Source: Pocillopora damicornis (Eukaryota). From it: DNA of 64,000 nt. Under the pieces are notes generated by a model. It searched no databases, was not told the origin of the DNA, and saw only the letters and a program-made list of their open reading frames with translations. The DNA is taken from contig NW_020846475.1 of the NCBI RefSeq assembly GCF_003704095.1, forward strand, positions 186,001 through 250,000, written 5' to 3'. The number at the start of each line of letters is the position of its first letter. Within the stretch, counting starts at the first letter, position 1. Made by a program: the position numbers and the translations under genes. This document shows, piece by piece, positions 1-13,400 of the stretch.

Positions 1-592
1 GTAATGATTGTCTTGAATTTTGCCTGTTAAGTAGCTACTGGTATAATTTGTAAGTTGGAAAATCTGTAGCTGCCTTAGGGACACTTTTGTTTGCCGAATT
101 TGCTTACTAAGCAACTTAGTGCTGGTTATTTATGTGAGGTCTAACCCAAACCACTGTGGTTTTCAAAATTAGAGGGCCACAGGCTTTCTCTATAAGAGGG
201 TTGAATTAGGCAAGTAAATCTCCGACTGTTAGCTTTCTGCCCTCTTGACACTGTTAACAAAACTAAATGTTCAGATTAAAGGTTTAGCCTAATCGAGGAT
301 TGTGTAGGACACAGTTTTGTTAAACAATGGCTGTAAACTTTGTCTAAATAATCAAACCTTAATGTTTTGAGAAGTAGAAATTCAGGGGTCACAAATTTTT
401 ACTAATAACAGTATAGTAATGCATTAAGCCATGAAATAATTTCCAACATCTACATCTAGCAACACTTCATTATTATTTTGATTAACTTTAATTTGGAATT
501 ATTCAGAAAATTGCCAAATGTGATTGTTTAAGTGAAGTGTCACAGTGATGTTTCAGATACAACATGGTTCAAATTTGTTTTGGTCTCTGTAG

Positions 593-3500
593 GGTCTCTC
601 TCCTCCTGAGGTGATTGGAGGCTATGAAAAGGCTTGTAAAAAGGCTTTAGAGATATTACCAGGTATTATTAATAATTTTATAGTTATCAGTTATGCCCTT
701 AGCTCTTCATGGAGGATGGCCCTTAACAATTTCCCTCTCCATCTTGTTCTGGGCTAGCCTTTTGGGTCCATGTGCAGCCCCACTTCTTCATCTCAGCCTG
801 AAAATCTTGCTGCTAAGTGCTGTTTGGGTGTCCCTTTTTCCGTTTGCCCTGGAGATTCCATTACCTGGTAAAATTGATAGTTTTATGCCATTTTTGGTTA
901 AAATCTTCTGATGGATGATGATATTAGCTTGAACTTAAAATATGCTTTTCAGTGAAGAATGCATTTCCTTATGGGGAAGGCTTCATTACCTTTTGAATTA
1001 AGCATCTGAGCTTTGCAAAATAGGCAAAAGCTTTTGACAAAACTCCTGCCACAAAGAAGCAAGAGTCAATGCCAGTACACAATATATGGCAATGTAAGCT
1101 GCATTCTCCTATGTTTGTGTAGCTATGAAAAATTGATCCACTCACTGTGTACTGTTATCCAGTTTTATAACTAGTGAGATCTTATTTCCATTTTCTTACA
1201 CCTCTGTAGTGGTTGAGTTTGTTTCAATTTTTTTTTTTTTTTACTTGATTTCAAATCAGTTTTATTTTTATTTTCTCATTTCTCATTCCTGATCTTAAAC
1301 TGAAATTAAAGAAAGTAAAAATGTAACCGGTTTGAAAAATTCCTTGCTAATAACATATTTGAACCCCAACTGGTACAAGGCAAATTCCTGTAATAAAGTA
1401 GGAGGAGGTTTATGAGGAATTTATTCTTCTGTAGAGCTGAGTTGCTCAGGTTTATCCGATATGAGGGATAAAGAGGAAGTCATCAAAGCTCTCAAAACTG
1501 CAGTGGGAAGTAAACAGGTATGAGTTGGTCAAAAAAATTCCAAATTATACTGTGCTTGCTGAGGTCAAGACCGGGAACAGTTCAAACCATTCAATCAAAG
1601 CTGATTACCAGCAGTCTACTGGAGCCTATAGCCCTCTTACTGCTGTCTATTTAGTCTGTAAGGAGGCTCTCATGTTTGGGTTTCACCTTCTGAGCACAGC
1701 TGCCTATTACATTGTCAGCAGCTGCTTTTGGAAAAAGTTATTGAAACCCCTGTATTAATGAAGGCATTTTTATCTGAAAGTCACTGGATGATCTTGACTC
1801 TCACCAATACTCTCTCTTTTCTCAGTATGGAAATGAAGATTTCTTGGCAAAAATTATCACAGAAGCATGTGGTAGGTGATTGTAATTATAATCATTATCT
1901 TGGTATCTTACAGCTGAACTTCTGTATGTATATATGAGATATGGCCTGTGCTAAACACAGACAGTGTGTGTATCTTGACCTCCAATGTTTATTCCTGATT
2001 TTCTTCTTTTCTTCCTTCTAGTCTCTGTATTTCCAGAGAAAACGCCTTTTAATGTGGATAATGTGAGAGTGGCAAAAATTTTGGTAAGATTCATAAGTCT
2101 TATGGATGCTCTATGATCCTGACAAATTTAAATAATTGTTTGACAATTAATTTTTGGAGTTACTTGTTCCTGTACATGTATATTAGAAAGAAAATTGTTT
2201 AAAGCAAACCTTGCAATCAATATATTTTCATTGTATTTTGCAAGTTTCAGAAATATAATCAGGTTCCCAATAGCATCAGCACACAACAAACCTTTTTCTT
2301 GTCATATTTTGTCTGTTACAGGGTTCAGGTCTTCATAGTTCAGAAGTTGTTCAAGGAATGGTGTTCAAACGTGAGGTCGAGGGTGATATTAACTCACTTC
2401 AGAATGCTAAAATTGTAGCCTTTTCTTGTCCATTGGATGCCATGACAACAGAAACAAAGGTTGGTTGAGTGCCCAGTGATTTGACTCACATGTAAATTAT
2501 AGTGGGAAGAGGGAAGATGGAGTGGTTTGAAAATTAAAATGTAAACTTGAGTGGATAAAGACAGAGGTAAAAACTTGAATTAAACCCAAATGTCCGTGTC
2601 TAACATTGTTTTTACTAAATTCCTAAGCACAGGATGGCCTTGCATCAGCATATATGATAATTTTTATGAAAATATGCTTTTTTTATTTTTAATGATGTTA
2701 CAGTACTTTATATTTAGTTGTACATCATTAATTGTATGAATGTGTTTCAGGGTACAGTCCTCATCAGAAATGCAGAAGAACTAAAGAACTTCAGCAAAGG
2801 AGAGGAAGAACAACTTGAAAAGGTCAGCTAGCTTCCTTTAATCAACATGCATCTCTCTATCTTGAGTTTGTTCTGAACCTCTTGAGGCAAACCTGGGAGG
2901 AATTTGCTTTTCTATTTGGAAAGACAATTGGGGGACTCTTCACCTGACACTTTTGGACCTTTACTCCAAACCTGATGCTATTTAACCCTTCACACCCTAA
3001 CATCAGTATGCATATTCCCCATACTGTTCTCCATACATTTCCTAAGCTGCTGGTAAGGAGAATTTATTCATCAATCAAGAGGTTCTTTAGTTGGTGACCG
3101 TTTCCTTTTTTCTTGTGACTGAAATGTGTGATTCAGGGCTGATATTGTTAGGAGAAATTAGATACTGGTCACTCTTGTGGGTCAAAGGGTTAAGTTATTT
3201 TATGTTAAGAGCAAGCAACCAGGAACTACAAACATACTAGCAATTTAGTGTTTAAGCAGTCTGCTGTGTTCCTTGCTTTTGTCCTAGAAAATGTTCTCTT
3301 TGATTTCAGCAAATCAAGGCCATTGTTGATACTGGTGTTAACTGCATTGTATCTGGAGGAAAAGTGGCTGAGATGGCCCTTCACTTTTGTAACAAGTTTA
3401 ATATTTTAGTAGTTAGGTTAGTTTACCTTTTCCATAACATTTTCTTGTTAAAGTTGTTTTTGAATTGAAATTTCCTCGTCCAAGATTCCTGTATGTTAAA

Positions 3501-5614
3501 CTCTAGATGACTAGAAATCCTGTGATATCATACTGCTTTCTCCCAGGTTAACTTCAAAGTTTGACTTGAGGAGACTTTGTCGGTCTGTTGGTGCAACAAT
3601 ACTTCCGAAGTTTGTGAGTATCCGATTTCTGCAATTTGACTATTGATATATTGCTTTATTGAACACCTGGATTAATGGAGGATGTCTTTGTTTGTTTGAA
3701 CATTTAAACGTGGGGTAATCTTTAATTTAAGTGTATGTCAGGTGAGCATTGAACAGTATCACTTTAGTATGTCATTCAGCATGTGCTTCACCTCGAACAA
3801 CTTGAGTGCAGTTCTAAAGTAATAACTGATAATATGTCTTTGGTAAAAACCTATCGACAGTCTTCTCAAGGAAACTGTTCTTCACTTTTACCAGAGAAAA
3901 AATTTTAGTTCAGTCGGTAATCGAATGGGAAGGATTGGAATCTATAGTTTTAACCTTGTTTATTTAAGTTTGTACTCTCTTTTCCACCAGACTACCCCAA
4001 CGTCAGAGGAGATAGGTTACTGCGACGAAATCAAGGTGGCAGAGATTGGTGGTACCTCTGTTACAATCTTCAAACAAGGTAAAATGTTGTGACTGGACGT
4101 CATTTTCTGACTGAAAAGTTATCTAGAGCTTTTAAATACCTGTCCAACAGTTTTCGGTTCACTTTCCTCAAAAGTCTCACAGTTGCAATCAGCAGAATTT
4201 CCACGATACAATCTCTTTGATATTTTTTTCTTGATTTTTTTTCTCTGCTTTTAGAGCGCGAGGAGACGGCCGTGTCTACTGTAGTTATTCGCGGTTCAAC
4301 TGAGAACATCATGGATGACATTGAGCGGGCTATTGACGATGGTGTGAACACTTTCAAAGCACTGACACGGGATGATCGCTTTGTACCTGGTGCTGGTGCT
4401 ACTGAAATAGAACTCGCAAAACAGATATCTAGCTTTGGAGAGGTATGTTGAGAACAAGGGGGAAATTCCTTTCAAGTATATGCATCATTCTCAGACACAT
4501 ATTGGAAAAACCTTGATTTATTATGTTTGTTTCTGGGGTGCTGTTTGTTTGATTGTTTGGTTTTTTCTTTTACTCGTTTTCTTTTGATGAACTTTGTTTT
4601 CCTATCTGTCGATCTGTCTGTCCGTTTGTCTGTCTATATATCTATCCGTTATCTGTCTGCTTGTCTTTCTGTCTGTTTTTCTGTCTGTTTTTCGGTCTGT
4701 TTTTCGTGTCTTTCTGTTCGTCTTCTATCTGTCTGCGTACCTGTCTGTCTGCCAATTTGTCTCTCTGAGGTCTTTCTATCTGTGTAACTGTCGGTCTCTC
4801 TGATGATCTATCTGTCCGTCCCTCCGTGTGTCTGTCTGTCTGTCTGTCTGTCTGCTTATCTATCGTAAGATCAGTAGGGAAGAAAAACAGTCCTCGTAGG
4901 TTGTTTGAAGAAGTATCCATATGGAGAGAATTCTTGGCTTCTTTGGCTAATTGCATTTAAATCTTTTCACACAGACCTGTGCAGGCCTAGAACAATATGC
5001 CATTAAGAGCTTTGCCGACTCCCTGGAGGTCATTCCCAGGACCCTCGCCGAAAATGCCGGCGTTAAAGCCACGGAGGTGATTTCCAAACTGTACGCAGCC
5101 CATCAGGCTGGGGATAAGAACGCGGGATTTGATAACGAGGTAGGGCCTGGTATCAGAGTTGATTTGGCATGCAAAATGTCAAATGGGGAGACACAATGCT
5201 TTAAGTGTTATGTGTTGTCTCTTTGTCGTTTATGAGTTGTTATTGTCATTATTTTGTTTTCAGAGTGGAGGCGCGGCAATTAAAGATGCTGTGAAAGCGG
5301 GAATCCTCGACTTGTATCTTGTGAAGTACTGGGCGCTTAAGTTTGCTACAGATGCAGCCGTAACGGTGCTGAGAGTTGACCAGGTATCAAGGCATTCTGC
5401 ATACGCATTATGATACTGTCCCAAATCTTTTTGTGTTCAAAGAGCAGTAAAGCTTGGTTACCTGTAGTAGGCTTCGTAGAGAGTATATTTATTATCTCGT
5501 TAGTTATTTAATAAACTTTAAGTCCTTTTTTTTCTGATTTTATTCCAGATAATCATGTCTAAACCAGCTGGAGGACCAAAACCAAAAGATAACCCTAACT
5601 GGGATGAAGACTAG
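593..5614 (+). CDS. CCT8: T-complex protein 1 subunit theta (chaperonin CCT8), 5'-partial, 13 exons in window
   Basis: GT-AG exons in consistent phase at 593-662, 1435-1517, 1826-1871, 2022-2083, 2322-2459, 2751-2822, 3310-3416, 3547-3613, 3991-4078, 4255-4442, 4975-5139, 5264-5383 and 5549-5614. Translation includes [48 protein letters not shown] and [21 protein letters not shown], typical of CCT theta. Confidence 0.96.
2982..3193 (+). mobile_element. piggyBac-type MITE (TTAA TSD, CCCT...AGGG ends) in a CCT8 intron
   Basis: ttaaCCCTT...AAGGGttaa, ~210 bp; internal sequence is the reverse complement of the copy at 7117-7327. Confidence 0.85.
4590..4865. repeat. Degenerate (TCTG)n microsatellite in a CCT8 intron
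   Basis: Runs of tctg/ctgt; source of several spurious low-complexity ORFs. Confidence 0.9.
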
Positions 5615-6080
5615 CTTAAGAAAAACATTATGAATGAAGAATTATCCAAAGTCAGCGATCTAATCAAGCGATGACCGTCTATGATTTCTCTGTTTCCTCT
5701 ATTTTATCGTCACGCCTGCCGTATTCTTGTTTCAGTCCAGTTTTAACCAGTCCTAGGCCGTGAAAAAGTCCGTTCATGACGTCACCGAAGTAGGTCACGC
5801 AAAGAATGAACCGTGCGGAAATGAACCATTATGTTAAGCAAAATCGCTCACGCTATTACCGCAATTATTTCTCCCCGTTTTCGGTTTTCAGTGCACATTT
5901 TATTTGAGAGTGGAGGCTTAGCGATGTACAAGATAAATAGCGGAGTTGCTGGACTTATTTGAATCCAGGGAGAGGTGTCTTATCGAACTTTAAGTTAATT
6001 TGTAGACACTGTGTCGAGAAACGGTCTTGGCTTTAGCCTGAAATGTGGCTTTGTCCTTCAACAGAAAAAGATAATACGCG

Positions 6081-6086
6081 AATAAA
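6081..6086 (+). promoter_or_regulatory. Probable polyadenylation signal of CCT8
   Basis: AATAAA about 470 nt after the CCT8 stop codon. Confidence 0.45.
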
Positions 6087-7116
6087 CCAGTGTGTTAAAT
6101 GAGGACTTTGTTAACAACATACAATCGTAAAGAAGTCCTTTAAATTTTAAGAATTTACTGACCGAGTGGGAGGGGCAGGACTAGGGAGAACTTAGCCTCG
6201 GGTCATGAAGTATGGATTAAGCTGATCTGCCTGGGTCAGTGAGTCATGACCGAGAGGCAAATATCTCGTCTCATCTCATTCGTTGAGCATTTCATTCGAC
6301 GACCACCTATTTTTCTCTTTCTTATTTTCCTCTTTCAGTGAACTCGAGTTTGTTTGTTTGCTCGTTTGTTTGTTTTCCCATGAAGATTGACATTGTGTGC
6401 TCGGTGCAACTTGCAGGAGTCTTAACTCATCAACGATGGGGTATAACTTTGACACTTTCGTGCGGTCCACACGAATTCAGTTCTTCTGCCGTTGATAACA
6501 GGACGAGGGTCAAAACGAACATCACTTGATTAAAAGTTAACGGGAAACTCAGATCAAACTTGACACCAAATAGGTACTGAGAACTCTCGACGTAATATTC
6601 AAAATACTTTGGGGAAAGCCGGTTTAAGCCGATCCACTCTGCGAATGTGAAACAGCAGGAGACTAGCCTAGAGCAACACGGACGGCTGTTGTAGAAAGGA
6701 AACCATGGAGATTTGAAACGTTGAAAACTTTCCCCCCCCCCCCCTAAAAAATACTTTAATAATGCGATATGTTGTAATGGGATGGCTGAGAACCACTCAA
6801 ATCAGGAATTCCAAAAATTTAACTATAATTAATTCAATCACCAAGTAAATTTCGCAATGAGGGATTTAAAACATCGATATATGAACAAACCCAATCCACG
6901 CATTTTGTCATAGTTTCCTCGGGAGGTGCACGCTTGTGCATCTCGTACCCTATTTACAATTGGATCAGCGAATTTGATAATAGCTCCATCTTAAAGTAGC
7001 ATATATTAAATCTGTTCTTTGGTTCAACCCATTCTTATTGCAAAGTAAGAACTCTGATTTATAATACAACGCAAATATCTTTTGAGGGTCTGTACTGGGT
7101 AACATAACAGACGTTG

Positions 7117-7327
7117 TTAACCCTTAAGCTCCTAAGAGTGATTAGTATTTAATTTCCCCATACCATATCACCCCTGAATCAAACAATAAGGTAGGGAGAA
7201 TAAGGAAATGATCCCGAACTAAAGAAACTCTTGATTGTTAACCAGATTCTCCTTGTTAGCACCTTAGGAAATGTATAGAGAACAACATGGAGAATATCCA
7301 TGCTGATGTCAGGGTGTAGAGGGTTAA
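7117..7327 (-). mobile_element. piggyBac-type MITE, same family as 2982-3193, opposite orientation
   Basis: ttaaCCCTT...GAGGGttaa; internal 'ttaggaaatgtatagagaaca' is the reverse complement of 'tgttctccatacatttcctaa' in the first copy. Confidence 0.85.
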
Positions 7328-7485
7328 TGTTTCACTCGGTAAGGTCACACAACTGGGCAACGTTTCGTATGGTCGCGGTAAGAGGCCGTGACAGTGTTAA
7401 TCACTTCTGTCACGGTGGGAAGTCTTTGAAGCGAACTTCGTGGTAATGGCCAGACAAGACACCACTTTTCCGCTAGCAACATCTG

Positions 7486-10400
7486 TCATGTGTCGGTTAA
7501 AACAACGGGTTCCTCACAGAACATATCGTCTATCAAAGCAAAGCAAGGATTACACACTCGGACAAGTTGTACGTATCCAAAGGCTGGAATTCTGAAAAAT
7601 AGCAGAGAAAAAAAAAACTTGAAAATCAAACAGGTCCATGATTGCCAACAAGAACAGAGCGTAAGTATACGCTATCGTAACATAATCTTGCTATTTGATT
7701 AGCTAACTGAGCTGACACAACTACTGTCTCGAACTAAGCCTTCATAGTGTGGGCCGTTTTTTTTTTCGTTTTTTGTTACTGTAGTTAATTTGTTTCTTTG
7801 TTTCATACAAACCAGGAAAAATGTTAGAAGACGAGGTACAGCTAAGAAATCCGCCAAGGTCCGGTGGGGAGGGGAAAGGAAGCAGGCTGTGTTACTGTAT
7901 GCGATTTTCCTTTTAAAGTAGATGAAAGCAATATTAAACTCACGGTGTTGATTGATCTGTGCAGTTGTAACAGAATACTCGACCACAGCATCGACAATGA
8001 TGACGTCTCCTTGTCTATGGGAATAAGACCAAAGTTACATGTACATTCAGGCTAATTTACTTCATTCATTTTGTTTTGAGAGTCCACTCTATCTATTGGC
8101 TTCCCTCTCCAACCTAAATGACAAATTAAGTTATATTGAAAAAATAATAATAAACATTCATATTGTAATGCTTGCACTTGATTGTTATAACTAAATTCTT
8201 TGAATTATAATATACATTTTTTTTAATTCTAATAACAATCCTTAAGAAAAACGTCACAAGTACTTTCAGCTCAAACAAAAAAAAAGACACTTCTCTTTAC
8301 GGACACCCCCAAGTCAAAAGACGCAAACTTTGTTCCAGGCTGAAGAAATATGCTCCAAATCTTTAACCTTTGTATTTGATCACGAGTGTATACAAAGGAT
8401 GACGGTACCAAAGGTAACTGCTTTACGCATGCGCACGAAACTGAGCTGCTACAATTCTCGTCCCCGGGGACCTTGGTTCTTCTGATCACCAGGTAATCTG
8501 GGAACGAGAATGAGCTGCTCAAATAGAGGTACAGATGTATCACATTTAACTCACCTGTGTGAAGGGGGCTCGACACTTGCTGTTTGAACAGTAATTAACA
8601 AGCTGCAGGAAAAAAAAAGAAGAGAAGAAAAAGCTTTTCAAGATGAATCTCAATCACAGAAGAACTTTTACTGGTTTTAAAAATCCCATCCTCACCTCAT
8701 CCGGGACCCACGTTAGCCTGAAATTGTTTTGCATGTGAAGCACCTCGGCCCGGTCCTTCTCCGCTTGTTTAAGCCGCGCGCTGGCCTTGAATATACAAAG
8801 ATAAATCAATTAATTTAATTAATCAATCAATTTAAAAGAGTCAGGTTGGACACCGCTAATTTGGGGGCCTGATGAGTTTTTGCATAATCGTTTGATATTG
8901 AGAAATTCATAATAAAAATGCGTCACTTATACACCTAGTGTAGATTTTACCACACGACAAAGCTTCGACGAACAAAGATATACTGAGGGCTACTCGCCAA
9001 ACGAAAGGAAACAATTAGCAGGTGTTCCACTTAACACATGCAGCGTTACAGAATAAGCACTGTGTCAAAAATGTACCTAGTGCGTAATACAGGTTAACAT
9101 TTCGTGCGCAGCAACTAACCTCTTGAAGAGCCGATTCCGTTTCTTGTCGGATTTTAGCCATTTTGTTGACATAGGTAGCTTCGTACTGTTGAAATAAAAG
9201 GCTCCAAGTAAAAGTTAAGTTCCAGTCAAGGCCTAATGGATATAAGTGAGGGTGATGTGATTTGTTGTTGAGGTCTTGAAAATGGTCGTCAGTCGAAAAG
9301 AAAACAATGGTAGATTGAGAGCAAGAAGAGAAGGATCAGAGAAAACGAGGGTTATCATTCAGATGGAAAAGGTAAACAAAGCAAATTCCGTCACATCATT
9401 TGCTGACAAACGCACAGTTTATTGCCAGTTGTGTAACGTGAGAGTTCCTTACCCGTTTTAAGGCGATCTCCTTTTGTTCTCGTGCAATATCTATCTCTTG
9501 CTGTAACCTTGTGACCTCTTTTTCGTGGGCCTGAAACATGTCATGTTAATAACAATTATTGGTAGGCAAAAAGGCTAGCCTGTTCCAGGCGTTCCAGATG
9601 TTCATGTTAATTCGTTGCCTTTGTTGATTACCTCATGCTCAATTAGGTTAAGAAAGCTAATCTTTAATTTATCGGAAGAAACCTACTTATCGGCAACAGC
9701 TGCAACCTGCTTTAACCAATCAGAACATGCAAGCCACCTAACTACCCAATAGCAGATAAAGAGACGATATAATTTTAACTTCGTTTTGGAGTATTTTCCC
9801 GCGCTTAAAAAGGACTGCCCACATTCCCTATTTAACAACGATCAAGTGCTTTCCCAAGCATTTCAACACCTACACTTTTCGCAAGCTTGAAGCCCGCTAC
9901 ATTACGTAACTATTTCAATATTTATTGCTGGATAAATACCTAACACTTCATATTTGAGCTTCATACCTCAGCAGCACTTGCTATTGACTGCATCAGCCTC
10001 TTACAGCGCTGTTCTGCGTCGTCCTTCTCAGCCTGACATTTCATCAACCTTTCCTATAAAGAAACGAAAACAGAAAGGAGCGTTTACAAGGTGCGCTCTC
10101 AAGGGCTTAAATCAAAGGTGAATTGTTAAGAGGATACAGCCCTTTATAAACATATTGTGCAAAACTTCACCGACTGAAGCTACAAGTCTTGCTGAGGGGT
10201 AAAAAGTATAACACTTGAAACACCTATTCATCATATTTTATCAACTTTAATCGACCTCTATATCTTCTCTTTGAGTTGTATTCTAACCTCAAGCTTTGAA
10301 GGGTTGGCCGTCACAGAAGGCAACAAATCCGATCTAATGATTGGCTCAACGTCAGCTCTTGGAATGTTATACGACGGAGAACTGGTACCAAAACTCCAGG

Positions 10401-13400
10401 TCCCTGGACAATAAAAAAAGCAAGAGCACGTTTAATTAAGAAGGGTTGAACTAAAAATCAGCGAACAAAGTGGCGGTCTAATTTCTCATTTACTTCTCTT
10501 GTGGTCATCTCGGTATTCCGGAAAAACCTATCGCCGGCAACTTTTTGTCTTACAAATGTTTTTCCAGTATTTCTGCAAGTATAGCTATCAGTATGAATTT
10601 AGTAACTTACCGTTGGTCTCAGGACGCAATTCTTCACAAGAATTGTGTTTACGAAGCCCCTATTGAATGGGAAATTGACAAAAATATAGCTTAGCCTCAA
10701 CTAATCTGCACAAATTTAAAAAACTAAACAAAGTAAGAGAAAAGTGGTAAAACAAAATCGTGACTCGAATGTTGTGACTCACCCTGTCCAGGGATTTTGT
10801 GAAGTCTTCCCTTCTCATGAGTTCGGGCGTCTTTAGAAATCGTGAACTTTTCGCGTCATTACCTGTGAATCAAACCATCAACATGTTCATTTAGCTTTAT
10901 AACCACGATAACAAACACATTTTGATAATATGAAGAATATGATGACCTCAAATAAATACCGCCAAATGGAAAGGGGTGGGCGGGGGAGGGGGGGGAAGTG
11001 GGGGAGGTGAAAAAGTATCTAATAAGTCAAACAACAAGCTTTTGGAAACAGGTAATTCCAGACAGAGTCGCTATTATATTTCGATGCGAGAGAAGTAGAA
11101 AATGTAACCAAGGGATCGCCCATAGAGATCTCGAGTTTGGCTAATAATAATTTGTCTACACCCGGAACTGACCTTTCCATTCTTTTTTTGTACGGTCCAG
11201 AGGTATGTTTCCTTTAATGTGTCTCAAAACGGTTGCAACGTAAATCTTCAACATTTGATCCTTGGTTGAAAAACCTGCACAAAGGCCCGAAAAGAGAATA
11301 AGAAAAAATTCACTACATGTGGACGTTGTCAAACTTACAGGTATTCCAATGAGAAAGCATGTAAAGGCAAGAACACGATTCAAGCGACCTAAATTGCCGA
11401 ATGGTATTGCCGTCTGTTTTATCAATGTGTTGCAACCCTGCTCCCACATGTCTCTTTGATTTCATTAAATCTCTCGGTTGGTACACTTACTGGCCTCCTT
11501 TTCTCGGTCCGTACGGTAAGTTATAGAACCTCGTTTTTCCTATTCGGATTCATGGCCCGCGCGAAGCTATTAATCGGAGCGGAAAAAAAAAGATCTGCAA
11601 CTTACAGTACGGATCTCGAACTCAGTTAGTAAAAGGTATTCATGTAACAGGAAAGGCAAACTGACTCACAATTATGTACTTGACAGAGCCTCGGTTTCTG
11701 TACTACTTTGTAATAATTACATTTGAGAGAACGTACTTGATGGAGTTTGCAACTTTTCATGTAATTTCTGTACCGCAACATCCACTGAAATAATATAATA
11801 TAACTTGAGAAAACAAAAAAAGGTTGCATACGATCTAAACGGGCAACTTTTCTGATATTTTCTAACTTTAAGACATCCACTAGAAGGGTATGCATTTTCT
11901 GCTTCATGAACTGAGCAATTTTTAAAACATACGTACGACTGTAACAGAAAAATAAGTTAGTGTAAGTTGATGTGGATTTAGGATCTACCGAGGTAAACTT
12001 GATACCACTTTCATTAGCCTGCAGGGTAGGCGTAATTTTGGCGAGCGAGTGCTCAGTACTTTCTTAGAGAAACTTATGGCCGCCATCTTTGATGTAAATG
12101 GCAGCGGAAGGCTGGGGAGAGAAAGAAATTTGTGCCAAGGGGTTGAGCGACGGTCAAAAATAAGGAGAGGAGTAAGGGTGGGGAAGTGATTTTTCGTTTG
12201 CTCAATCGAGTGATAACCAGTTGAACGGTAAATTGCTCATCCTTATGCACCTATAGACGTAGTATCTGTACCCATCTACAGTATGTAATACCTGATTGTA
12301 GACTGTCCCTTACCTTCTACAGCTCTTAACAGCTGCACTAACTCCTGTTTGCCCCCTGAGCGAGCTGCAAGGTCTGCAGCTGTCTCCACTGTATCTGTCA
12401 AGGCAAATATGACAGCACCCATCTACAGGTAGATAAAATTCAACTTGTTAAACATTGACTTCGAATATTTATTGTCAATTTGTCAATGATTGACAGACTA
12501 ACTGACTGACTGGATGAAAGACAGACAGACAGACAAACTTGTTCCTTCATTTACTGTTACAGACTGACAAATTAAAATTGGCAGTACCTGAATAAGAAGC
12601 TCACCACACTCAACATGGCCATCACTTGAACCTTTCCTAGATGAGGAATAAAACCAACCAAAAATGTAAAACAAAAGTTTAATTGACAACAATTCTGCAG
12701 TGTACCATACTTTCCCTCACACTATTAAGTATTTCTTACTTTTCAGGCCTGCTACATGTATTCCTTTAGTCAAAATACTTAAAGCCAACCAGATTGAAAT
12801 AATTTCCAGATCATCAGAAATCAGTGAAAACAAGTATTTCCAGGCCTCCTATTTTTTAACTCTCTCTGCAGAAAAAAAAATTGTCTGAGCCAAAGTCACC
12901 TACCATGCTAAAGCATGAAGAGGGGTCCATGATTTCTGGAAAGAGATGTAGAAATAAACAGTTATTTTAAATCAATATTAAATCTACTTTTTAATTACCG
13001 GTAATAGGAAAAACTGTACATGTATCAATAAATAACTAAATATGACAATCAATGGATTATGCTGCAGACTATCACCAAAATCTTTCACTTGATTATAATG
13101 TGGTTATATCTTCTATAACAATAAATAATCTTAATGCCAAAAATCAATAATCATCTTGATCAAGATAACAGGAAAATTGTGAACTTACACTGTTTGTGGC
13201 TTTCACATCTGCATTCCTTTCCTATAAAGATATGATGCAAAATACAAAGAGTGAGGAAGGACATCAAAGAAACTAAAACACAACAATCCAAGATGGAGCA
13301 TAAATACACATGTAGCTGTTGTCCTGTTGTAATTTGGGGGGAGGGGTGGCTAACCTTTTTATCTCACTGAAGCGGGAAGGGGGTAGTCTTTTGAGGGTTA

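Noticed and set aside
4527-4956. Four overlapping ORFs of 69-104 aa
   Set aside because: Translations of the TCTG microsatellite inside a CCT8 intron
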